Part shown: piece after piece, positions 56,802 to 64,000 of the stretch
How positions within the stretch are numbered: position 1 is the first letter of the stretch
Layout of the letters: each line of letters starts with the position of its first letter
Notes under the pieces: generated by a model
Told to the model about the DNA's origin: nothing
Databases searched by the model: none
The model's input: only the letters and a program-made list of their open reading frames with translations
Assembly: GCA_963833575.1 (NCBI GenBank)
Contig: CAWHXY010000007.1
Span: 352,001 to 416,000 of the forward strand
Source: Candidatus Bathyarchaeota archaeon
GTDB taxonomy: Archaea; Thermoproteota; Bathyarchaeia; Bathyarchaeales; Bathycorpusculaceae
Length of the DNA stretch: 64,000 nt
Direction: 5' to 3'
Position numbers and translations under genes: made by a program

Positions 56802-58319
56802 TTAGCTGAGAGGGGTTAATTTTCCAAAAAGACCCGCGAGTATAATTTGTGATAGAATCAAAGATACATATGCGACTGTTGCCAATATTGCTCCGTGCTT
56901 GAATCCTGCTCCAAAATTTCCTTCGCTAATTTTTCCAATAAAGAACCCAGAAATCCAGCATTGAATGATTATTCCGACTGAGAACATGCCAAACTGGCCT
57001 TGCGAGGATACTGAAGCAGCTGACCCGAGACTAGTGTTGTTGATGGTTGTCATCATGCTTGTGGTTAAGTTAGTAGTTAAAGCTACTATGGTTGTAGTGA
57101 CCGCAATTAATGCACTCCACATGATGGCAAGAAATATGTAGGGCTTCAAAAGTTCGCGTCTGTTGACCTGTAATTCTCGTTCTTTTTCGCTATATTCTGA
57201 AAGTATCTCCAGCGACTGGGTTGAATTGCCGCCGATTTCAATAGTTTCCACCATCATGGCAAAGTTGACTACGACAAACCAACTTCGAATTTCCTTTTGT
57301 AAATTATTGAAGGTTTTTCTTAGAGGAATGCCCCATTCAATTTGGCTACGCATTAAATTCAGAAATTTGGAGAATGATCCGTAATCTTTTCGTTTTGTTG
57401 CTTGAATTATGCTTTTTTCTGGTGAAAGTCCGGTTTTCTGTGATTCTGTTATGTCTCTTATGAAGCTGGGAAGTGATTCTTCAGCGTTGTAGTTGATTTT
57501 TGAAATGTGCCAGTATTGGATGGCAATCGGCAGTGACGCAGCAACTAAACCTATGGTGGTGATTGCAGGCAACCCTATTGAGCTTATTGCGTTTGATAAC
57601 GAAGGAACTACAGCAAAAAGTGCAATTACGACAAATACAGGTGGAATTAAGAATAGAGCTCTTTTGTAGAGATCTTTCAGGTCAGGAAAAGCGCTTCTTT
57701 GCATATTATGTGCCATCATTATGAAAACGCAGGACATCACAGGCATAATAACAAACGCTACTAAGTATGACAGCAAAGGCGAAGTTGGAGCAGAAGAGTT
57801 TACAAGCAGCGACATCACATTTGATGATGATAAAACTACAAAAAGTATGTACGAGCATAGCACAACGATTAGCATAACTGAGTAGGCTTCAACCAAGCTG
57901 GCGATTCGATCAATTGAACGGTTCAGATTAATGTATCTAAGTTCAAAGATTGCTTTCAACTGACTTTTCATGTAATCAACCATTTTTCCGCCGCTTCTAA
58001 CTGAAGAAACAAAGCCTCCCAAAAAATTTCTATAAAGCTTGGATGTTGTGGTTTCCGCGCGCGTTTGCATGACAGTTAAAGGGTCTTTGCCTAAAACCTC
58101 CACTTGGCGGATTACTTCGTCTGCTTCCTTCTTAAATGCGGGAAGAAAGTGAAGCTTCCGCATTCTTTTCCAGCTGTCATAGGGGGATATTCCGCTTGCA
58201 GCCATAAGTGTGAAAATCATTACAGCGAACGGTAGTTCCTGATCAGTCTTTTCTTTCTCTTCACTAGCAGCTTTAGATACTAATCCGAAAATCTTGCCGA
58301 CGAATCCGCCAGGAGCCAT
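56802..58319 (-). CDS. Type IV pilus membrane platform protein (T2SSF; ArlJ/TadC-like)
   Basis: Two T2SSF repeats (ELPFA...MAASG; LPSFIRDITESQKTG...ETIEIGG); multi-TM; GFFIGKISEG. Confidence 0.9.
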   Translation of the reverse strand: MAPGGFVGKIFGLVSKAASEEKEKTDQELPFAVMIFTLMAASGISPYDSWKRMRKLHFLPAFKKEADEVIRQVEVLGKDPLTVMQTRAETTTSKLYRNFLGGFVSSVRSGGKMVDYMKSQLKAIFELRYINLNRSIDRIASLVEAYSVMLIVVLCSYILFVVLSSSNVMSLLVNSSAPTSPLLSYLVAFVIMPVMSCVFIMMAHNMQRSAFPDLKDLYKRALFLIPPVFVVIALFAVVPSLSNAISSIGLPAITTIGLVAASLPIAIQYWHISKINYNAEESLPSFIRDITESQKTGLSPEKSIIQATKRKDYGSFSKFLNLMRSQIEWGIPLRKTFNNLQKEIRSWFVVVNFAMMVETIEIGGNSTQSLEILSEYSEKERELQVNRRELLKPYIFLAIMWSALIAVTTTIVALTTNLTTSMMTTINNTSLGSAASVSSQGQFGMFSVGIIIQCWISGFFIGKISEGNFGAGFKHGAILATVAYVSLILSQIILAGLFGKLTPLS

Positions 58320-58323
58320 CTTG

Positions 58324-59910
58324 CTATTTCTCCTCGGAATTTTCTTGCACGGGCAAATCCGAAATTCCAAGAGAGGAGTTTAGCGCTTTGTGTACGCTTC
58401 TAAAGTCCCGCAAGTTCTTCGCAATAATACCTAGTAGAATTTGTTTTCTTCGTTCAAACTCTTGTTGGACGACGCTTAGGGGGGCATCAAGATTTCTGGC
58501 TATTTTGTTGAGCAGGTAACTCTCGCTAAGGTTTTGCTTGAAAGTGTCTGTTGTCGGGTTCCATGAGAAAACTTCATGAGGAAGACCGCTGTTATCGATT
58601 TCGGCAACTTCAACGAATTTTCGACCCGCCGTTTTTCGGCCTTGACTCCCGAGGAAAGTTGTTTGTACTTGTTTCACTATTATTACGCAGTTCATTAAGG
58701 ACAAAATGTTTTGAGGAATATTCATCGGTGGTTGTGTTAATCTCATAATGACTGTATTAACATCGTCAGCGTGCATAGTGCAAAGCCCACCGTGACCTGT
58801 AGCCAACGCTTGAAAGAGAACATATGCTTCTTCGCCCCTAATTTCGCCCACAAGAATTAGAGCTGGTCTGTGTCTGACGGCTGATTTTATCAAATCGTAT
58901 AACGTGACTTCGCCTTCGCTGTCTCCTCCAAAGCCTGTTCGTGCAATGGTTGATACCCAGTTTTCCTGCGGCAAATTAATTTCTTGAACTTCTTCAACAG
59001 AAATCATCTTATAGTCAGGTCGCACTAGACACGCGATAGCATTTAGAGCAGTTGTTTTTCCAGCGCCTGTTGGTCCCACAATCATGACTGACATTTTGTT
59101 TTCCATCAGCATCCAAAGGTAGGCTGCGATTGATTCGTCGATTGTTTCGTTTAATATCAGGTCGACGATGGTTAACGGATCTTCCTTGAATTTTCTTATG
59201 GTAAAGCTTGTCCCGGCTGGGGTAGTTTCTTTCCCAAAGGAAACTGCAAGGCGGTGTTTTCCTGGAAGAGTGAGGTCAACTATTGGATGTGCTATGCTTA
59301 CGTGTTTGCCTTGTCTGTGGACTATACGCGTTGTGAAATCGTCTAAATCCTCTTCATCAGTGAAAACAATGTTGGTTCGTGCATTAGCGTATTTTCGATG
59401 ATAAATATAGACCGGTTTGTTTATTCCTAAACAGCTAATGTCTTCTATCATCGGATCATTGATTAGACCTTCAATTTTTCCGTATCCGATTAAGTCTTTT
59501 TGAATATAATATAAGATTTTCTTAAGACCAACTTGGCTAGAGCCTTCAAGTGCTTCTTTGTGTTCCTCCATGATCCCTGGAAGTTGTCTATGGAATGAAT
59601 CTGCGAGGGTTTCGTCTATTCTAGGAGCTTTCAGCTCGTATTCGAGGATGTTTTTCAAACGTTTGTAGGATTCTCGGTCTTCTCTGGTCATGCCTAGTTC
59701 GTCAACGACGTAGAAGTAGCTGCCTTCAGAGTCTTCTTGGAAAATTCGAGCGTAAGAAAACGGTGGAGTGAGGGGGTAACCATCGATTTCTGTGTAACCT
59801 TCAGGCACTTGATAGCCATGGATACCTAAGCAAGCTATCAATTCGTCGTCTGAAGTTTTTTCTTTTTCTTTGTATTCTTGTTTCTTCTTGCCTAAGTTCA
59901 ATTCAATCAC
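58324..59910 (-). CDS. Type IV pilus assembly ATPase (ArlI/TadA/VirB11-like)
   Basis: GYGKI...DPMIEDISC, SFTIRKF, GPTGAGKTT, LRHRP-like VRHRPALILVGEIRG, ATGHGGLCTMHA. Confidence 0.95.
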   Translation of the reverse strand: MIELNLGKKKQEYKEKEKTSDDELIACLGIHGYQVPEGYTEIDGYPLTPPFSYARIFQEDSEGSYFYVVDELGMTREDRESYKRLKNILEYELKAPRIDETLADSFHRQLPGIMEEHKEALEGSSQVGLKKILYYIQKDLIGYGKIEGLINDPMIEDISCLGINKPVYIYHRKYANARTNIVFTDEEDLDDFTTRIVHRQGKHVSIAHPIVDLTLPGKHRLAVSFGKETTPAGTSFTIRKFKEDPLTIVDLILNETIDESIAAYLWMLMENKMSVMIVGPTGAGKTTALNAIACLVRPDYKMISVEEVQEINLPQENWVSTIARTGFGGDSEGEVTLYDLIKSAVRHRPALILVGEIRGEEAYVLFQALATGHGGLCTMHADDVNTVIMRLTQPPMNIPQNILSLMNCVIIVKQVQTTFLGSQGRKTAGRKFVEVAEIDNSGLPHEVFSWNPTTDTFKQNLSESYLLNKIARNLDAPLSVVQQEFERRKQILLGIIAKNLRDFRSVHKALNSSLGISDLPVQENSEEK

Positions 59911-60350
59911 TCTCTGGTTAATGTTAGTGTTACAGTTTGGTTTTGGTAGGAACATTGTATGATAGCTCTGCCCCAACCGCTAACAAAAGTTCCGGACGCG
60001 GCTGTGTCCGCTGGAATGTATATTTGTGGTTGGTTTTGGATGGGGACTGTTCCAAACCCAGATTCAACCCATGCATTGGACGAGTCATTAGTTATGGAAA
60101 TCCAATACTCCTGATTTCCGATTTCGGTAGGCAAATTGAGGATTTGAGTGGAGTTTTGGCCGTTTTCAGTTACATGATTTATAAGAATTAGGCTCTGCGT
60201 GGCCACATACTCATCAACATTGGCTAACTGTTGGTTTATAGCATCAGTCTTTATGTTCGCCATTGACAATACACAGCTGGAAACTATGATTGTGCCAACG
60301 ATTAAGGCTGCAACAATTGAATACACGTAACTTGGAATTATCGTTACCAT
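59907..60350 (-). CDS. Minor pilin-like protein
   Basis: N-terminal hydrophobic helix; LNLPTEIGNQEYWISI. Confidence 0.7.
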   Translation of the reverse strand: MVTIIPSYVYSIVAALIVGTIIVSSCVLSMANIKTDAINQQLANVDEYVATQSLILINHVTENGQNSTQILNLPTEIGNQEYWISITNDSSNAWVESGFGTVPIQNQPQIYIPADTAASGTFVSGWGRAIIQCSYQNQTVTLTLTRE

Positions 60351-60353
60351 TGC

Positions 60354-61217
60354 TTACCTAATCCACCTCTGGATTGATACGTTGGAAATAACGGTTTCAA
60401 CGTTGATTATCGAGCCTTGAGCAGTGCTTGAAAGTGGAATGGAAACATTTCCTTTAGCACCGTTCAGTTGTGCATTCACAATCAAGTTGCCAGGTTGATA
60501 GGAAACTTGGTAGGTTTGAGTTGTTAATTGGGTACTTATGCATGAGATCTGCAGTGGAAGATCTCCTTGCAACGCTATTGGTTCTGAAGAGTTCAAGTTG
60601 ACGATGTAAATGCGAACATCATTGACGTCTTGACCATTTTGTATTCCTGCATAAGCATACGTAACTGTTGGTCGGTATTGTAATTGGATCTCAGGTCCTT
60701 GGGAACCGCTTGTTATGTAAAGCTGACTTAGTGACGAGCCACTCTGATTCGTTATTGCCTGGCTGTCTCCTTCCAAATAAAATCCCATGTCGATAGAGCT
60801 GGAAGTTGGAAGTTCATAAGTAATTTGGCCTACTGGAGAGTCAAAGATAGTTTGGTCAATAGTCAAGTTGTCGCTAACAGTCATGGTTAGAATGTTATTG
60901 GTTGGTTGAATGTTTGTGGTTCCACCTGAATCACTGAGATCAATTGTGCTTGAGGAACCAGGCTGCCCTATCGTTGAAAGAATAAGATTGTTTAGAGATT
61001 GATAGTTTTGCCGGGCTGTGGAAACTTTGAGCGCTTTGCTTTGGATTTGGAGGTTTTGAACTGAAAAGTAATAGGTAACTGTTATGAGGCTCAGAGTTGT
61101 CACGAGCAGAATGAGGAATGTAACCGGCAGCGCCAAAGCACGTTCAGACCGAATAAGCCTTCTGAATGGTTGACTACGCAAGGTAAACTGCAAATACATC
61201 CTCTCATACATGTGCAT
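60354..61217 (-). CDS. Minor pilin-like protein (start uncertain)
   Basis: RSERA/LALPVTFLILLV class III-like cleavage site. Confidence 0.7.
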   Translation of the reverse strand: MHMYERMYLQFTLRSQPFRRLIRSERALALPVTFLILLVTTLSLITVTYYFSVQNLQIQSKALKVSTARQNYQSLNNLILSTIGQPGSSSTIDLSDSGGTTNIQPTNNILTMTVSDNLTIDQTIFDSPVGQITYELPTSSSIDMGFYLEGDSQAITNQSGSSLSQLYITSGSQGPEIQLQYRPTVTYAYAGIQNGQDVNDVRIYIVNLNSSEPIALQGDLPLQISCISTQLTTQTYQVSYQPGNLIVNAQLNGAKGNVSIPLSSTAQGSIINVETVISNVSIQRWIR

Positions 61218-61389
61218 TTACTATAGAAAAGCTGGGAAAATGGATTAAGCCATTTGTGTGTATGAACAATTCACATATCATTTCTTGATAGCATCAAAAA
61301 ATTGAATGCGCCAGAAATGATTTCTACTCTCAAACTAGTTTTTTTTATAAAAGAAAAAGAAGAGGGGGAAGATTATCTTGACTATACTT

Positions 61390-61950
61390 CTAAGCTAAAG
61401 AGCCAGTTGATGCTTGAACGTTTGTCTCTTGGTAGTAGGTTGCTTGTGCTGTGAAGACCGCGAAAGATATGGTTGTGCCTATGTCAGCTGTAGAAACACT
61501 ACCAGGAGCAACGAGCCAAACACTAATGCGCGCACCAGAAGCTAGTACTATGGGACCTGTGATTCCGGTGTATGTTGTTGTAACAGATGTTAAGGCAGCT
61601 GCACCCGTAGCTGTTAAGTCTGTGCCGGCTGTGGCTGCTGATGTGAAAGCAGTGTTTGTGGCTGCTGGAAACGCTGGTTGTCCACGAACTTCTATTTGGT
61701 TGATGACTACGTCTCGTCCGCCAGTGTTAGTTATCATAAGAGCGCCTATGGCTTTTCCAGCGTTGTCGCACCAAAGGTGGGCGTATGAGATCTGCAGGCT
61801 TTCCTGTTGAACCCTTGTGCTAACAACGTTGATAGCAAAGTAAGTAACGACACCTGCGAGCAACACTGAAACCACAAGAATAATCAGCGTAGTAATGACT
61901 GTACTTAGAGCCAAGCGATTCTTCATCATTTTTCTCATTATATTTGCCAT
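61390..61950 (-). CDS. Major type IV pilin, copy A
   Basis: KNRLA/LSTVITTLIILVVSVLLAG class III signal; ITNTGGRD; AGGAG RBS. Confidence 0.88.
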   Translation of the reverse strand: MANIMRKMMKNRLALSTVITTLIILVVSVLLAGVVTYFAINVVSTRVQQESLQISYAHLWCDNAGKAIGALMITNTGGRDVVINQIEVRGQPAFPAATNTAFTSAATAGTDLTATGAAALTSVTTTYTGITGPIVLASGARISVWLVAPGSVSTADIGTTISFAVFTAQATYYQETNVQASTGSLA

Positions 61951-62778
61951 TCTATTTTAAACTCCTTTGAAAAAACCATTACACAATTTACGGATAAGTA
62001 ATCTTGTGCGTAAAAAAAAATACACATCCAAAAAAACAAAATCAAAAAACAAAAATGAATTTATTGAAAAAAGAAAGAAGAGGGGGAAGATTATCTTAAT
62101 TATACTTTTTAAGCTAAAGAGCCAGTTGATGCTTGAACGTTTGTCTCTTGGTAGTAGGTTGCTTGTGCTGTGAAGATCGCGAAAGATATGGTTGTGCCTA
62201 TGTCAGCTGTAGAAACACTGCCAGGACTAGCGATATAAACGTTGATTGAACTGCCGGAAGCTAATACTATGGGTCCTGTGATTGCAGTTGTTAAGTCCGC
62301 TGTTTTTGCTTTAGGGGCTAAGTCTGTACCTGGTGTCGCTGTGAAAGTGTAGATTGAGGTGAGTGGTGCTACTTGTCCGCGTACTTCGATTTGGCTAATA
62401 ACTACGTCTCGTCCGCCTGTGTTGGTTAGCATAAATGCGCCTACGGCCTTGCCGGATGCATCACACCAAACGTGAGCGTATGAAACACTCAGGCTTTCCT
62501 GTTGAACCCTTGTGCTAACAACGTTGATAGCAAAGTAAGTAACGACACCTGCGAGCAACACTGAAACCACAAGAATAATCAGCGTAGTAATGACTGTACT
62601 TAGAGCCAAGCGATTCTTCATCATTTTTCTCATTATATTTGCCATTCTATTTTAAACTCCTTTGAAAAAACCATTACACAATTTACGGATAAGTAATCTT
62701 GTGCGTAAAAAAAAATACACATCCAAAAAAACAAAATCAAAAAACAAAAATGAATTTATTGAAAAAAGAAAGAAGAGG
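61795..62778. repeat. Perfect 289-bp direct repeat (61795-62083 = 62490-62778)
   Basis: Base-for-base identity by eye over the upstream region and first 52 codons of pilins A and B; offset 695. Confidence 0.9.
62109..62645 (-). CDS. Major type IV pilin, copy B
   Basis: Identical N-terminus and near-identical C-terminus to copy A; divergent middle. Confidence 0.88.
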   Translation of the reverse strand: MANIMRKMMKNRLALSTVITTLIILVVSVLLAGVVTYFAINVVSTRVQQESLSVSYAHVWCDASGKAVGAFMLTNTGGRDVVISQIEVRGQVAPLTSIYTFTATPGTDLAPKAKTADLTTAITGPIVLASGSSINVYIASPGSVSTADIGTTISFAIFTAQATYYQETNVQASTGSLA

Positions 62779-62813
62779 AGAGAGCAGATAGTTTCAGGCT
62801 ACTTAATCTTATC

Positions 62814-63386
62814 CTAAGGACCTGCGTATGCTTGAACGTTTGACTCTTTGTAGTACATTGCTTGTGCCGTGAAGACCGTCATACCAATTGATAAACCGAT
62901 GTCGTTGACGTTAACACTACCCGGTGAGAGTATGTAGACAACCACAGTGTCGCCGGACGGTAGTACTATGAGGTTTGGGGCAGTTGCTAGCGAATTCGTA
63001 AAAGTTCCAACGGTTACAGTATTCAGTGTGGGGCCAGTGTTCGCAGGCGTGTATGCTAAACCTTGATTAATGTCATCAGCTTTGACGACGTTAAGATAGA
63101 ATATGCTTGTGCATGGATTTCCAAGCACTTGAATCTGGTTGATTACTACATCTCGTCCGCCAGTGTTAGTTATCATTAGGGCGGCTTCTACTGGACCTAC
63201 TGTGGCGGTTGGAGGTACCCAAATGTGATTGTTTGAAATTAAAAGACTTTCCTGTTGAACCCTTGTGCTTACGACGTTTGTAGCAAAGTAAGTTAGGACT
63301 CCCGCAAGTAATATGGAGACTACCAGAATTATGAGTGTTGTAATTACCGTAGCGAGTGCCAGACGGTTTTTGAATAGTCGGATCAT
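62814..63386 (-). CDS. Type IV pilin, copy C (more divergent paralog)
   Basis: KNRLA/LATVITTLIILVVSILLAG; ITNTGGRDVVINQI; GGTGA RBS. Confidence 0.88.
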   Translation of the reverse strand: MIRLFKNRLALATVITTLIILVVSILLAGVLTYFATNVVSTRVQQESLLISNNHIWVPPTATVGPVEAALMITNTGGRDVVINQIQVLGNPCTSIFYLNVVKADDINQGLAYTPANTGPTLNTVTVGTFTNSLATAPNLIVLPSGDTVVVYILSPGSVNVNDIGLSIGMTVFTAQAMYYKESNVQAYAGP

Positions 63387-63722
63387 TTACTTAATTCACC
63401 TGTAGCAAAGAGAACAGACATTCCCTATTAATATCTTACGTAACAAGACTCAATATACAACATCACTATTAAAAAACACAAAAACAAACTCAAGAACACA
63501 AAAACAATACTGCCAACAAATATGTGAACTAAATTCAAAACAGTTCTTTAAGAAGACTTTAATCATGTTTAATATTCATTGCATCAATTGGTTGTTTAAC
63601 AGAAAATAGTTTCAGGTCAAAAATTCTTTATCAAAAATAAGGATTCAGCCGTCATAACCAATAATTCAAGCGTCGGCAATACATAACGTTGCAACATATA
63701 ACGCTTGCAAGCTGATTCAGCT

Positions 63723-64000
63723 ATGTATCTGAAAATCAACCACCAAACCAAAATCCTATCACTAATTATAATCGTCGTATTAGTGTTCAGTCCATTATTC
63801 ATGGCTCAAGCTTCCACCATCCAAACCCAAGCCTCAACCGTCCAATTAACCACAACTTCAGAATACACGAACTACGTACGTAGCTACGTAAGCACTGAAG
63901 GAAACTGCACCTACATTGAAAAACCAATGTTCCCAGTACTAATTAACAGTTCGCAAATAGCGATCGGCGGAAACTGGACCATCATCTGTCCCTTAACGGT
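63723..64000 (+). CDS. Secreted protein, N-terminal part (runs off the window)
   Basis: MYLKINHQTKILSLIIIVVLVFSPLFMAQAST...IEKPMFPVLINSSQIAIGGNWTIICPL; open to the window end. Confidence 0.75.
   Translation, partial: MYLKINHQTKILSLIIIVVLVFSPLFMAQASTIQTQASTVQLTTTSEYTNYVRSYVSTEGNCTYIEKPMFPVLINSSQIAIGGNWTIICPLT

Noticed and set aside
151-62173. Many short antisense or alternate-frame ORFs in the track (e.g. 3767-4258, 4450-4935, 16948-17355, 54194-54574, 61451-61810)
   Set aside because: They are shadows of well-supported genes and have no motifs of their own.
61390-62778. Diversity-generating retroelement template/variable repeat pair
   Set aside because: No reverse transcriptase in the window; the differences are not adenine-specific and include indels.
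61390-63386. Archaellins / archaellum operon
   Set aside because: The N-termini lack the GIGTLIVFIA-type archaellin pattern and no ArlH, ArlF or ArlG is present.
1-64000. CRISPR array, cas genes, transposases, integrases, rRNA
   Set aside because: No regularly spaced repeat-spacer array and no recognisable motifs. The short tandem repeats have no spacers.

Overview
Archaeal chromosomal window, most likely Bathyarchaeia. This is inferred from Trm1, archaeal-type IleS, TrmB, class III signal-peptide pilins, a large PQQ-type beta-propeller surface protein, a GOLD-like membrane protein, TATA-like promoters and U-rich terminators. Left to right: nucleotidyltransferase and GT4; flavodoxin, NTPase, trm1, proC, HAD; a decaying accessory region (7.8-14 kb); radical SAM/SPASM, DCD-like protein, aspartate kinase; a candidate light/photo-oxidative-stress island (18.2-26.4 kb: RDH-like SDR, DUF523/DUF1722, UvsE, FMN-binding split barrel, SOUL, DrrAB-type ABC exporter, heliorhodopsin, fasciclin); flippase-like and GOLD proteins; two large orphan histidine kinases, one a CheB-CheR fusion; a beta-propeller gene between tRNA-Ala(CGC) and two degenerate copies of its 3' end; ileS; GT4, GNAT and hypotheticals; MoxR AAA, vWA and TrmB; and a type IV pilus locus with a lectin-like pilin and three tandem major pilins. 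Non-coding signals include intergenic stem-loops with CU-rich loops, a recurrent TTCTCAA/TTGAGAA motif and short tandem repeats. All family calls come from motif recognition by eye; no searches were run.
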